Origin: Vulcanimicrobiota bacterium
GTDB taxonomy: Bacteria; Vulcanimicrobiota; Vulcanimicrobiia; Eremiobacterales; Eremiobacteraceae
Direction of reading: 5' to 3'
Assembly (NCBI GenBank): GCA_963812135.1
Contig: CAWETU010000001.1
Span: 1,248,001-1,312,000 of the forward strand
Length of the DNA: 64,000 nucleotides
Part shown: piece by piece, positions 40,755-51,317 of the stretch
Layout of the letters: each line of letters opens with the position of its first letter
Numbering within the stretch: the stretch's first letter is position 1
Notes under the pieces: generated by a model
What the model was told of the DNA's origin: nothing
The model's input: the letters and a program-made list of their open reading frames with translations, nothing else
Database searches by the model: none
Translations under genes and position numbers: made by a program

Positions 40755-40775
40755 ATCGGCAGAGGTGCAAAGACG

Positions 40776-42242
40776 ATGCGAGAGATGATACACTCGGCTC
40801 GACACAAGCTCATCGGCGTGCTCGCGACGATCGCGATCGCCTTCCTCGCCGGTTGCAGCTGCAACAATTGCAGCGTGCCCATGGGCGCCCCGGGCGGCGG
40901 CCTGCCGCCGGGCGTGCTCAAGTGCACGGCCAGCGGCACCGGCGCCATCGGCGTCATCTGCACCAGCGGCAAGACCTACGCGTTCGTCGGCAAAGGCAAC
41001 GCAGGCAGTAGCACTGTCGAGCAGATCGATATCTCCGCGGGCGCGTTGAAGGCTGCGGCCTCGTCCGCGCGCGTGGTACAGTCCGCGTCGCGACCCGTCC
41101 AACAGGATGGCGGGTCACGTGCCAACGGACGCAGTGGTCAGACTGCTCCAATCCTAGGATTGCAGCCCGCGACCGTGACGAAGCAGGCTGCGCCCGCCAC
41201 AAGCTCGATCGTCCACACGTACGCGCTTTCGTTCGCGGCCACGGAATGCGCGTCCGACGAGGGGAATCTGCGCGTTTTCTGCGCGGCCTACGGCGCCTCG
41301 AAGATCGCCGATATCATGGTGGCCGCCCAAACGGATACCGAGTTCGACACGTTAGCGACCGGAACGTTGGGCTTCACCGGCGGTTCATGCACCATTTGCG
41401 ACATCGCTTACGATCCCACTGACAACGCGTTCCTCATCCTCGTGCCGGGCCCGAGCGGAGGGTTATTCCAGCGATGGGGTGAGAACTCGCACACCTCCAC
41501 CGCGTCGGTCGCGGTGTCCGACCCGAATGAGAATTGGGGCTATGACTACGTGAAGAACTGGGTCTTCACACCCCAATACAACACGACGCCGCCGGCGCTG
41601 CAGATCATCGACTTCACGACCTCCACGCTGTACACGTCGTCGACGACCTTCCCGATGATCGTCACGCCTGACTCGGGCAATGTTGACGTTTCGACGCACG
41701 TCGCAATCACGCCCAACGAGTTCAACCCGCCTGATGTGTTCACGACCGCGGATCTTGGCACGGCAGTCCTCAACAGCCCGTCAGCCGGCATGTTCACCGT
41801 ATCGGGCAGCTCGCAAACGCTGACGATCAACCTGCTCGGCACGTGCGGCGCGGACGACACCGACATCGCGACCGATTCGGTGCTGCATCTGGAATTCGTC
41901 ACCGGCGAGTTCTGCGACGGCGGCATGGAGCGCATGGGTTTCGTGCTGCTGCCCACCTCGAGCAGCGGCTTGGCGATCTCCGACTACGCGTTTGTGAAGA
42001 TACCCAACACGCCGGACGCGAAGCCGTGGGATGCCGCCCACGACCCGCACCCGATCGCCGCGTTCAACGATCCGGCCAACTGTCCTGACTGCGCCGTCAT
42101 CGTGAATCGCGAAGTCACCTGGCTTGCCGTCATCGATCTGAAGAAGCTGATGGCGGCGCCGCGCAGCGCCACCGATCCGCACGCGATCGACCCGACGTAC
42201 GACCTGCAAACGAACGGGGTACTCGCCTACTACGGGATCTGA
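40776..42242 (+). CDS. Cys-rich hypothetical lipoprotein
   Basis: Lipobox LAGC, multiple CxxC/Cys pairs, 488 aa. Confidence 0.7.
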   Translation: MREMIHSARHKLIGVLATIAIAFLAGCSCNNCSVPMGAPGGGLPPGVLKCTASGTGAIGVICTSGKTYAFVGKGNAGSSTVEQIDISAGALKAAASSARVVQSASRPVQQDGGSRANGRSGQTAPILGLQPATVTKQAAPATSSIVHTYALSFAATECASDEGNLRVFCAAYGASKIADIMVAAQTDTEFDTLATGTLGFTGGSCTICDIAYDPTDNAFLILVPGPSGGLFQRWGENSHTSTASVAVSDPNENWGYDYVKNWVFTPQYNTTPPALQIIDFTTSTLYTSSTTFPMIVTPDSGNVDVSTHVAITPNEFNPPDVFTTADLGTAVLNSPSAGMFTVSGSSQTLTINLLGTCGADDTDIATDSVLHLEFVTGEFCDGGMERMGFVLLPTSSSGLAISDYAFVKIPNTPDAKPWDAAHDPHPIAAFNDPANCPDCAVIVNREVTWLAVIDLKKLMAAPRSATDPHAIDPTYDLQTNGVLAYYGI

Positions 42243-42297
42243 CGAGTCCTATCGGCGTCGCCACTTGAAACCCGCACCGCGTAAAAGCGTTGCGGGT
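42243..42297 (+). repeat. Degenerate tRNA-Asp 3'-end copy plus terminator-like hairpin (att remnant upstream of the tRNA)
   Basis: CGAGTCCTATCGGCGTCGCCA-CTTGAAACCCGC...GCGGGT versus tRNA CGAGCCCGATCAGCGTCGCCA-CTTGAAACCCGC. Confidence 0.7.
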
Positions 42298-42451
42298 AAC
42301 CGATCATGGCGAGCGCGATTCCCCGCACCCGATCGCCTATTAGGCCCCACGGCCGATTGTTTGGCAGTCGATAGTCACAACAACGTCTATGTCCTTAGGA
42401 CTGACTCGACGAAACCCGGCAGCCCGTCGTTATGAGAAAGGCTTAGGCGTC

Positions 42452-42979
42452 ATGGCTAGACATCTGCTTGCGACGACGGCGCTCGCGCTGACCGTCGCTC
42501 TCTTCAGCGTTGGCGCGTCTGAGCCGGTCCGACCCATCGATCAATTGAGTTGGCTTGTGGGCGGCGTTTGGACAGCCCAACCACCCGCATCGACCGACGG
42601 CCCGCAGCGCATCGATGTGCGCTACGAATGGCCACCGAATCACAGCTTTGTCCGCTTCACCACGCAATTCGTGATGGCCAACGGCTCGAACGCTGGGTAC
42701 GCGGGCGACCTGTTTTACGATCCTGCTGACAAGGCTCTGAAGATATGGTACATGGATGAGCACAACGCGATAACGCAAGGCCCGATGAGCGTCAGCGGCG
42801 ACAAATGAACGATCTCATTCCGCGACTCGGGAGATATCGTCGGCGTCACGGGACCCGTCGATTATCGAGTGGATATCGTCCGCACAGCACCTGACACGTA
42901 CCAGTGGACGCTTTTCGCAAACGTCGCGCAGACTTGGAAGAGGGTGTTCGCGCTCGTGTACCAGCGCTCCCAAGCATAG
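42452..42979 (+). pseudogene. Secreted hypothetical protein interrupted by an in-frame TGA at 42806
   Basis: Signal peptide, QLSWLVGGVW; frame continues 56 codons past the TGA (TISFRDSG...YQWTLF...VYQRSQA) to TAG 42979. Confidence 0.6.
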
Positions 42980-43032
42980 CTGGGACGTAGGTAAGAATTC
43001 GGGGACCGCGAAAAGCCGCTACAATGGCGCGT

Positions 43033-43109
43033 GGCGCTGTAGCTCAGTTGGTTAGAGCGCCTGCCTGTCACGCAGGAGGTCGTCGGTTCGAGCCCGATCA
43101 GCGTCGCCA
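43033..43109 (+). tRNA. tRNA-Asp(GTC)
   Basis: GGCGCTG/CAGCGTC acceptor stem, AGCTCAGTTGGTTAGAGC, CCTGC-CTGTCAC-GCAGG, GGTTCGAG, encoded CCA; TACAAT -10 at 43020. Confidence 0.97.
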
Positions 43110-43113
43110 CTTG

Positions 43114-43146
43114 AAACCCGCGTAGCATAAGGCTTCGCGGGTTTTC
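43114..43146 (+). terminator. Intrinsic terminator-like hairpin after tRNA-Asp
   Basis: AAACCCGCG...CGCGGGTTTT. Confidence 0.7.
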
Positions 43147-43511
43147 TTATCCTCGGATGCAGATCAGCGGATTGGGTTTTGACAGCCTAATGACAGCCCA
43201 TAGTGCGTTCCGAGCTCGGAATGCCGCGGTTTTCAGCGCTTCGAGTCAGCACACAGCTTGGCGAGGGAGCGGAGGGCGGAGGGATCATCTTGTGACAAGA
43301 CCGCGTTTTGCGGCGCTGCTCGTCTTCGTTTAACGGGGCAAGCTTGAGGCGATTTCGTAGCTTCCTCCCGGGAATTCAGCCACGATGCCTAGCCGTCCGT
43401 GGAAACGTCGCGCGGTGCGCGCGATAGCAGAGTTCCGCGAGAAACTCGACGAACCGGTCCAAGCGTGCTCTCAAGGTAACCCATCACCCGTCTAACCAGG
43501 TCGTCACGTTT

Positions 43512-45950
43512 ATGGATAAAAACGTCAGAGCCAGCGACTTAGCCGAGACGAATCTTTCGCCTCGCGAGCGTGAAGTTGCCGAACTGGTCGCCCACGGCAA
43601 GTCGAATCGCGCGATCGCCGAGACGCTCTTTTTGAGCGAGCGTACCGTCGAGACTCACGTCAGTTCGATCCTCAGCAAATTGAGCTTCCACTCGCGCGTG
43701 GAGCTCTTGGCCGCAGTTCTTCAAGGCGACGCCAACGTCGATTCGCTGGCCGGTCGGCATCATGTGCCTTCGAACAATCTTCCGATTCAGCTCACGAGCC
43801 TTCTCGGACGCGAGCATGACATCGACGATGTCAAGTCGCTGCTTGGACAGCACAACCTCGTGACAGTGTCGGGCGCCGGCGGCGTCGGCAAGACACGGCT
43901 CGCGCTGCGAGTCGGGGCCGACGTTCTCGACCACTACAGCGACGGCGTGTGGTTTGTCGACCTTGCGCCCATCAGCGACCCGGAGTTGGTCTCAAGTGTC
44001 ATTGCTCGAGTGCTTGGCATGAGTCAGCAGGAGGATCGCAGAGTCGATCCATCGATTCCGCGATGGCTCAAGAATAAGCAGTTGCTGCTCATCCTGGACA
44101 ACTGCGAACATCTCCTCGGGGCGGTCGTGAGCATTGCAGAGAATATCGCGCGGTCGTGCACAAAGGTGCGAATGCTCGCCACCTCGCGACAGGCGCTTGA
44201 CATCGGCGGCGAGGTGGTGTATCGGTTGCCGTCACTGACCACTCCCGATAAGGCCGTGATCGTGCAGGCAGCCGAAGCGCCGCAATACGCCGCCATCGCG
44301 CTCTTCGTCGACCGAGCGAAGGCCGCCGACAATCACTTTGCGCTCACCGATGAAACTGCGCCAACCGTTGCCGACATCTGCCGCCGCTTAGACGGAATCC
44401 CGCTGGCGATCGAGCTAGCCGCGGCCCGCGTGAAGGTGCTCTCCATCCCAAATATCGCGCGCCGCTTGAACGACCGCTTTAAGGTCCTCACCGGCGGCAG
44501 CCGCACTGCGGTACCGAGACAGAAGACGCTCGGCGCGCTCATCGACTGGAGTTATGATCTGCTCGATGCCGACGAGCAAGCGCTCTTCAAGCGCCTTGGC
44601 ATCTTTGCCGGCGGTTTCAGCTTGGCTGCGGTGGCGGCAGTTCATGCTGGCGATGATCTCGACGAGACCGGCATCGTGGACCTGCTCTCATCGTTGACCG
44701 ACAAGTCGCTAGTCGTAGCGGATACGAGCGGGGAGCAGGAACGTTACCGGTTGCTTGAATCCACCCGCGCCTATGCTTTGGAAAAACTTGACGCTACCGG
44801 CGAACGCGAGCAACTCGCTCGCCGTCATAGCGACTACTTTCGCGCCGAAGCGGAGGCGGCTGACAAGCGATTCGGTACTGGCTCGACCGGCGCGTGGCTT
44901 ACGGTCGTCGAGCTCGAACTCGACAACTACCGCGCGACGCTTGAGTGGGCGCTCACAAACGGACATGATGTGGCGCTCGGTGGCGAGCTCGCCGGCGCGT
45001 TGGAACATCTCTGGTTTGACGGCGGACTCCTGGGCGAAGGGCGCTATTGGATCGGTCTTGCGCAAGCCGAACTTGACGAGGTCGAGCAACCTCGCGTGGC
45101 GGCCCGTCTTTGGCGTGCATCAGCCCGGCTGTCCGGTGGTAAGCGACGGCACGCGTGCGCGGAGCGGGCTCTGACGCTATATCAATCGATAGGAGATGAC
45201 GACGGGGCGACCTGGGCGCTGCTCGATCTTGTGCACGGTCTGCTCGACCTCGGCCGCATTGAGCAGGCTGATGAGGCGAACTCACGCGCGCTAACGGCCG
45301 CACGCGAGCAGGGAAATAAATGGGGCTTGGCGTTGTCCCTGCTTCACCAAGCTGGCATCGATGAATCTCGCGGTGATTTTGCGGCAGCGCGTTTGTCGTA
45401 TGTTCAGGCGCTTGAGACATTCGAAGCCATCGGAGACGAAGCTGGGATCGCGTGGGTTTTAGCGGACCACTCTGAGCTAGAATTCGAAGATGGTCGCGTT
45501 GAACAGGCGCTGCGCCTGGTGCGCGAGGCCATCGATATCGACGCGCGTGGCAAGAATGTATCGCACCTAGCTCTTGACCACAGCGAAAAAACGGTATTCT
45601 GCATTGCGCTCGGAGATCTCACAGCAGCGCGTGAAGCTGCACGCGAAGCACTGCGCTGGGCGCTGAAAGCTCACTCCGTGCTTCTCATGCTCGCGCTGCA
45701 GCACTTCGCGCTGCTTGGAGCGCTCGGCGGACAAATATCGAGTGCAGCACGCCTTATCGGATACGTCAACGCGAACTACGAGGAACTCGAGCTCCAGCGT
45801 GCGAGCATCGGGGCCGCCGGCATGTGGGGCCTCGAGAAGCTCATGGCAACGCTGCGCGAGCATCTCAGCGACGCCGAGATAGATGAACTCGCGGCCGAAG
45901 GCGCGGCTTGGTCCGAGGATCGCACGCTCGAAGCAGCGCTCGAGATGTGA
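43512..45950 (+). CDS. LuxR-type HTH + NB-ARC/STAND-like ATPase + TPR transcriptional regulator
   Basis: LSPREREVAELVAHGKSNRAIA, GAGGVGKTRLA, LDNCEH, LDGIPLAIELAA, RYRLLE, helical repeats. Confidence 0.9.
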   Translation: MDKNVRASDLAETNLSPREREVAELVAHGKSNRAIAETLFLSERTVETHVSSILSKLSFHSRVELLAAVLQGDANVDSLAGRHHVPSNNLPIQLTSLLGREHDIDDVKSLLGQHNLVTVSGAGGVGKTRLALRVGADVLDHYSDGVWFVDLAPISDPELVSSVIARVLGMSQQEDRRVDPSIPRWLKNKQLLLILDNCEHLLGAVVSIAENIARSCTKVRMLATSRQALDIGGEVVYRLPSLTTPDKAVIVQAAEAPQYAAIALFVDRAKAADNHFALTDETAPTVADICRRLDGIPLAIELAAARVKVLSIPNIARRLNDRFKVLTGGSRTAVPRQKTLGALIDWSYDLLDADEQALFKRLGIFAGGFSLAAVAAVHAGDDLDETGIVDLLSSLTDKSLVVADTSGEQERYRLLESTRAYALEKLDATGEREQLARRHSDYFRAEAEAADKRFGTGSTGAWLTVVELELDNYRATLEWALTNGHDVALGGELAGALEHLWFDGGLLGEGRYWIGLAQAELDEVEQPRVAARLWRASARLSGGKRRHACAERALTLYQSIGDDDGATWALLDLVHGLLDLGRIEQADEANSRALTAAREQGNKWGLALSLLHQAGIDESRGDFAAARLSYVQALETFEAIGDEAGIAWVLADHSELEFEDGRVEQALRLVREAIDIDARGKNVSHLALDHSEKTVFCIALGDLTAAREAAREALRWALKAHSVLLMLALQHFALLGALGGQISSAARLIGYVNANYEELELQRASIGAAGMWGLEKLMATLREHLSDAEIDELAAEGAAWSEDRTLEAALEM

Positions 45951-45953
45951 GTA

Positions 45954-46379
45954 CTAATGTTGGCGTCTGTCTATGGGCGCCCCGTGTGCGACTGCAAGCT
46001 GGAGCGGGGAGCCGGTGAGGTAGATCGCCGTCGCAACAAAGCCGCCCACGGGCCAGGCCACGACGCTAGTTGCCAAACGCGCCACAAGATACGCGGCGCC
46101 GATTGCAAGACCGACGGAGAACAGGTGTAATGCACCCCACACTACCGCGCGCGGTGGATGAACAATCGTGGTTTCATGCGATCCGGCGAAAGCCAGCAAC
46201 CCGACAGTCGCGTACGCCGCGACTGCGCCGAGCAGGAACAGCAGCGCTTCGCTCGCGCTCGGGACGCCGTGCGCGTGCGTCAGGACCGCTCCGGAAGTCC
46301 AAACCGTTAGCGTGTAGCCGTACGGAGCCGCGCTCGCGACCACCGTCGCGCGCACGGCAGATTTATAGCGCTCCCACAC
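45954..46379 (-). CDS. Hypothetical membrane protein
   Basis: Four hydrophobic helices, SAAPYGYTLTVW. Confidence 0.65.
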   Translation of the reverse strand: MWERYKSAVRATVVASAAPYGYTLTVWTSGAVLTHAHGVPSASEALLFLLGAVAAYATVGLLAFAGSHETTIVHPPRAVVWGALHLFSVGLAIGAAYLVARLATSVVAWPVGGFVATAIYLTGSPLQLAVAHGAPIDRRQH

Positions 46380-47328
46380 TACGACCGCGCTCCGTTGGCG
46401 TCGAGAACACTGCGCACATCAAACTGGCGTCGCAACACCCACGAAAACGTGGGCCGAAAGACCAGCCTTAAGACCAGGTTCTGCACCGCAACACCAAACG
46501 ATGTGCTCGGCAGGAACGATTTCGCGAACGAACGCGCGGCTTTTTGTTGCGACTCGACATATGGTCGGAGCTGCCGCTCATAACGTGCGAACGCTGCCTC
46601 CGGGGATGATTCCTCTCCTAGACACTGAGCGAGGATGTATGCTCCGCCCATGGCAAGGGATGCGCCTTGACCAGCGTCGGGCAGTCGCACGCATCGCCCA
46701 CGAGCGCCACGCGCCCTTCATGCCAGCGCGGGATTTGAATTTGCGCCACCGTGTCCATGAACACGTCGTCGCCGTCGGGCGCATCGTCGAGAAGGTCGCG
46801 CGTTATCCAGCCGACCCCCTCAAATTCGCGCTGCAACCGAGGTACGCGTTCCGCCCGAGGGACGTGCAAGCGATCGGTCGTCTCGAACATGAAGAAAGCA
46901 AACGCGCTACCCGGAGCATCACCCGCATAGAGTCCGACCATATGCCCAGGCTCGAGATACATCGTCCAGGTCGGCCCGAGCTGATATCGATCGGATACTC
47001 GGTAACTCGCTACGCAATATCCTAGGGGCCACAAAAACGCGTCCTCCCCGCCGAAGACAAGCGCGCGCACGCTTGAATGGATGCCGTCAGCGCCGACGAG
47101 CACGTCGCATGACAGTTGCGATCCGTCGTCGAGCTTTACGTGCACCCCTTTGTCGTCGGATTCGAGTGCGGTGATCGTCGTATCGAATCGGACGTCGCTC
47201 TGGTCCTTGACCGCGTCGAAGAGCACGCTTTCAAGCGTTTGATGCATGAGCGCCATGTAGCGTCCACCCAAGATCGCTCGGATGCGGTCGATGGATAGCG
47301 ACGCAATAGGCTTTCCATTCTTGCCGAC
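46379..47328 (-). pseudogene. FAD-dependent monooxygenase, 5'-truncated and frameshifted
   Basis: DVLVGADGIHSSVR, GRVALVGDA, GQGASLAM motifs present; N-terminal GxGxxG absent; frameshift near 46670. Confidence 0.8.
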
Positions 47329-47639
47329 GGGTGTTACCGCGGAGTTACTTGCAACGCTTGACCTTGGCCCTGAGATCGAGGGTATGGCAGGGCGCCAACT
47401 TCGAATGCGTATGGTGACTTTCGAGCCGGGAGGCGTCTTCGGACCGATTCACGACCATAAAGACAGACCAGGCATCGTCTACATACTGCAAGGAACGATC
47501 ACTGACCATCGAAACGGAGTCGCTACGGACTATGGGCGGGGAGTGGGCTGGCCCGAGGATAGGAGCACCACACACTCGCTCGAGAACAGAGGAACGATTC
47601 CGGCGGTGGAGATCTCGGTCGATATAGTCAGGCGGCACC
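47327..47639 (+). pseudogene. Cupin-domain protein fragment (native start missing; 3' end abuts the tRNA repeat)
   Basis: LRMRMVTFEPGG...HDHKDRPG...YILQG...H.LENRG; no stop before the repeat at 47640. Confidence 0.7.
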
Positions 47640-47718
47640 CCTGTCACGCAGGAGGTCGTCGGTTCGAGCCCGATCAGCGTCGCCACTTGAAACCCGCGTA
47701 GCATAAGGCTTCGCGGGT
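47640..47718 (+). repeat. att-like direct repeat R1: tRNA-Asp 3' half plus hairpin
   Basis: 79 bp identical to 43064-43142. Confidence 0.95.
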
Positions 47719-47841
47719 CTCTTCTTGATTTTGCCGTTTTAGGCTTGACACCAATTGGAGATTGGCGACCCACGGTGCCGACGTTACGTAGCCCCTATCG
47801 TCTGTCAATTGGGTACAAAAGGACCGCATAGAAGGCTTGCG

Positions 47842-48564
47842 CTAACCGGTCACCAACCGCGCAATGAGAAACGCCACGGTCGCGGCGACGCCGCCGATAA
47901 TGACCGTCTGAACCGCGCTGCGAAACCAGGTCACACCCGTCAATGCACCCTTCACTGCACCAAAAGTGAAAAGAGCGAGAAGTGTAACAAGTGATGAGAC
48001 GTATAGAGCCTGTCTTGAATCTTGGACCAACATATAGGGCAGTAGCGGCACCAATCCACCGACCACGTATGCGCCGCCTATGGTGAGCGCGCTCATCGGG
48101 GCCCTCTTTCGATCGGGCTCCTCGAGACCCAGCTCGAATCGCATCATGAAGTCGACCCAGCGTTGTCGGTCGGCGCTAAGACGGGTAGCGGCGTTGCGCG
48201 CATCCTCGTCGTTCAACCCGTACTCACGAAAAATGCTGACGACCTCGGCCTTTTCAGCCTGCGGCATCTCCTCGACTTCCCGTAGCTCGCGACGCTTCTC
48301 GCTTTCGAAATGCTCGACGTCGGTGCGGGCCGCGAGATAACCGCCAAGACCCATCGATATCCCGCCTGCCGCCAACTCCGCGATGCCGGCGGTTACAACG
48401 ATGTGCGAAGCGGCGATCGCCCCAGTGATCCCAGCAGCGAGCGCGAAGGGCACGGTCAGACCGTCCGACATGCCAATGACCACGTCGCGAACAGCTGCGG
48501 ATGCTTTGGAGTGTCTTTCTACGTGTTGGGGCTGCGGCGTGCTGCGCGGAATTCGTGCGCTCAT
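47842..48564 (-). CDS. VIT1/CCC1-family iron/manganese transporter
   Basis: RDVVIGMSDGL, AELAAGGISMGLGGYL, FMMRFELGL. Confidence 0.92.
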   Translation of the reverse strand: MSARIPRSTPQPQHVERHSKASAAVRDVVIGMSDGLTVPFALAAGITGAIAASHIVVTAGIAELAAGGISMGLGGYLAARTDVEHFESEKRRELREVEEMPQAEKAEVVSIFREYGLNDEDARNAATRLSADRQRWVDFMMRFELGLEEPDRKRAPMSALTIGGAYVVGGLVPLLPYMLVQDSRQALYVSSLVTLLALFTFGAVKGALTGVTWFRSAVQTVIIGGVAATVAFLIARLVTG

Positions 48565-48613
48565 ATCCTACGATGCCTCTGTTTCCTGTTCAGCGGGTTA
48601 CGCGATTCGGAGC

Positions 48614-49864
48614 TCAGTGGGCTTGGACGAACGCGAATCCTATCCAGGCCGCCAACAGCATGAGCACAAGCCCCGGGATGACCTGCAGCGCAAAGCGGGA
48701 GCCGCCGATCCAAGCGGCGATGATAGCTTTCGTCACAGCATTGGTGGTCAGGCCTGCAAGAATGGGAATCGCGGCCTCCGGCGCTGTGATCCTATCGGCG
48801 GCCACGAGAGAAGCCACGGACACGGCCGCGGAATGAGTATCGGCGAAGCCTGCGATCGCTGCGGCGGCGATCAGTCCTTTTTCGCCGAACCACGCGTTGA
48901 GTGCCGCCGAGACGACGACGACGACGGTGATCGTCGTTGCCAAAGCAAGCGCGGTCCAAAGATTGAACGGCCGCCCCAGTCGCTTCAGGTCGGGCGTTTC
49001 GTGGCGGATGCTCGTGATCGTCAGCAGCGTTCCGTAAGCGATTGCCGCTATGCCGGCGGCGATCAGCGGAACACGCAATTCGAGAAAGGTGGGCTCGCTA
49101 ACCGCGGCCAGCACTATCCCCATCAGCACAACGGTAGCAACACTTGAAAGGACGGCGCCTGCAACGGCTGACCGCGCGACCGAAGGTTCCTTTGCGGCTA
49201 GGGCGCCCATCGCGCCGATCGTGGCCGAGCTCGAGACAAAGCCTGACGCAAGACCGGCAAGAGGAAGCCCGAAACGGGTGCCAAGCAGCCGAACCGCGAC
49301 GTATCCAGCGGCGCTGATCGACATCATGAGGATGACGATCATCCAGACAGTGCGGGGATTTATCGAATCAAAGGGCCCAAGATATCGGTTCGGGACAAGG
49401 GGCAACACGACCAGAACCGCAGCTGCGAAGATGAGTCCGTCCGTCAGCTCTTCTTCGCTTAACACGTTGCGGACGAAGCGATGCAGACTTGTCCGAGCAG
49501 CCAATAGGATCGTCACCACAACGGCGACGCCTGCGGCGATCGCGGTATCCTGCTGGGCCAGCGCGCCTAAGAGAACGGTCAGCAAAAGCGCTGCTTCTGA
49601 TGTGACGCCGGGATCTCTGTCGTGACTTCGCAGATAGGCCATGGCACAGAGGCTAGCGGTTGCAAGCATCGTGACGGCTAGCAGTACATAGCCGCCCAGC
49701 ATGAAACTCACGCCCCCAAGGAGTGCCGCCACCGCGAACGTTCTGATCCCCGCCGCAGAGCGCCCCGGAGACTCCGTCTTTCGGCGCTCACGTTCGGCGC
49801 CGATCAGCAGGCCGATGGCGAGCGCGCTGCCCAGCCGGAATACCGGCTCGTCTGTGATCACCAC
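48614..49864 (-). CDS. MgtC/SapB-family membrane protein with DUF4010
   Basis: GLLIGAERE, AGIRTF, GVTSEAA, GFVSSSAT motifs. Confidence 0.88.
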   Translation of the reverse strand: MVITDEPVFRLGSALAIGLLIGAERERRKTESPGRSAAGIRTFAVAALLGGVSFMLGGYVLLAVTMLATASLCAMAYLRSHDRDPGVTSEAALLLTVLLGALAQQDTAIAAGVAVVVTILLAARTSLHRFVRNVLSEEELTDGLIFAAAVLVVLPLVPNRYLGPFDSINPRTVWMIVILMMSISAAGYVAVRLLGTRFGLPLAGLASGFVSSSATIGAMGALAAKEPSVARSAVAGAVLSSVATVVLMGIVLAAVSEPTFLELRVPLIAAGIAAIAYGTLLTITSIRHETPDLKRLGRPFNLWTALALATTITVVVVVSAALNAWFGEKGLIAAAAIAGFADTHSAAVSVASLVAADRITAPEAAIPILAGLTTNAVTKAIIAAWIGGSRFALQVIPGLVLMLLAAWIGFAFVQAH

Positions 49865-49982
49865 GTGCGATTCAACCTACAGGGCGATAAAGAGAACTGC
49901 GCCCACAGTTACGAAATTCTTGCCTCGTGAAAGCAGTGTGTTTCGGGGAGGGTCGGGGTCCCTGCCGTCTGAGGGGACCGAT

Positions 49983-51134
49983 ATGCAGGCGTCGTCGCTC
50001 GTGAGCGCGCGTTTGGGGACCGCGCTCCAGGTGCTCGCGGTGATCGTGCTCGCTGCAGTCATCCTCATCGGTTTCATCCACCTCCTTGGGCGGCTGCACA
50101 CTTTGACGACGATTGTCATCGGCGCTATATGCTTGTGCTACGTGATGGTGCCGGGGGTGCGGCGTCTCAACGAGCGTCTACCGATGTGGGCGTCCATAGC
50201 CATCGTCTATGCGGCGGTCATCGTGATCGTCGTCTCGTCGATCGCATTTATCGTGCCGGCGGTCAGTGGTGACGTCAAGCAGTTCGTCCAGGACGCGCCC
50301 GGGATCGCCCGCGACGCGCAAACCACGCTCTCCGATCCCACTAGTCCGATCGGGGCACGGCTGCCGCCTTTCATCAGAGATTATATCGCGGGACTGCCGA
50401 CGGAGTTCGTCACGCTCGTAGATCGCTACGGCGCCGACGTCGCGAAGAGCTTCTTCGGTGTGTTCATGTCCGCGATATCAATTCTTGCGCTCTTCGTGGT
50501 CGTCCCGATCGTGGCGATCTATCTCATGATCGAGAGCGACTCGATGCATCGTGGGATCGTCAGCTTGATCCCTCCCTCTGCAAGGCCCAAGGCGCTGGCG
50601 ATCCTCGATGGCATCAATGCAGTTCTCGGTGGATTCATCCGAGGCCAATTGCTCGTCGCGCTCATCGTCGGCACGTTGACCGCTGTCATGTTGACGCTTC
50701 TCCACGTTCGTTTCGCGATCTTGATCGGCCTTATTGCGGGCCTTCTCAATGTGATCCCCTATGTCGGCGCGTTCGCCGGTGCAGCGCCTGCAGTGCTGAT
50801 CGCGCTTATCACCAGTGGTCCGTTGAATACGCTCTTCGTGATCATCGGATTCGTCATCATCAATCAGCTCGAAGGACATCTCATCGCACCAAACGTCGTC
50901 GGTCCAAGCGTCGGCCTCTCGCCGCTGGCGGTGATCATCGCGTTGCTCGCGGGCGGCGAACTCTTCGGACTGCTGGGCCTGCTCGTCGCGGTGCCGGTCG
51001 CTGGCATCATAAAGGTGGTATTCGTCACCCTCGTTCCGCGATATGCGCCCCTCGAATCCGCGCCAGCGCCGCCGGCCAGCGGCAGCCCGCCACCGGGGGC
51101 AGTTACCGATGACGAGGCAGGCTGGTCTGGATGA
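49983..51134 (+). CDS. AI-2E family transporter
   Basis: GFIRGQL, IPYVG, QLEGHLIAP, GLSPL motifs; GAGGGG RBS before ATG 49983. Confidence 0.9.
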   Translation: MQASSLVSARLGTALQVLAVIVLAAVILIGFIHLLGRLHTLTTIVIGAICLCYVMVPGVRRLNERLPMWASIAIVYAAVIVIVVSSIAFIVPAVSGDVKQFVQDAPGIARDAQTTLSDPTSPIGARLPPFIRDYIAGLPTEFVTLVDRYGADVAKSFFGVFMSAISILALFVVVPIVAIYLMIESDSMHRGIVSLIPPSARPKALAILDGINAVLGGFIRGQLLVALIVGTLTAVMLTLLHVRFAILIGLIAGLLNVIPYVGAFAGAAPAVLIALITSGPLNTLFVIIGFVIINQLEGHLIAPNVVGPSVGLSPLAVIIALLAGGELFGLLGLLVAVPVAGIIKVVFVTLVPRYAPLESAPAPPASGSPPPGAVTDDEAGWSG

Positions 51135-51282
51135 AAGCGAACGCGCACCGCTTCTACGCTCACGTCAAGGTCAACGAGATATGCTTACGCGAGCTTATGG
51201 CGCTATGGACTGAGCGCTTGTCCGGTTGGCAGGAGCCAAGCTGAGGGCAAGATTCCCGCGTAGAATCTCTCTCCAAACCTTA

Positions 51283-51311
51283 TTGACCCGCATATCGATA
51301 CATGATACACT
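51283..51311 (+). promoter_or_regulatory. Sigma70-like promoter of higBA (leaderless)
   Basis: TTGACC-17 bp-TACACT ending 7 nt before GTG 51318. Confidence 0.65.
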
Positions 51312-51317
51312 TTCATC

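Noticed and set aside
43150..43510. Integrase remnant or structured ncRNA after tRNA-Asp
   Set aside because: No recognisable recombinase motif or RNA family by eye; a translated HMM or Rfam search would be needed
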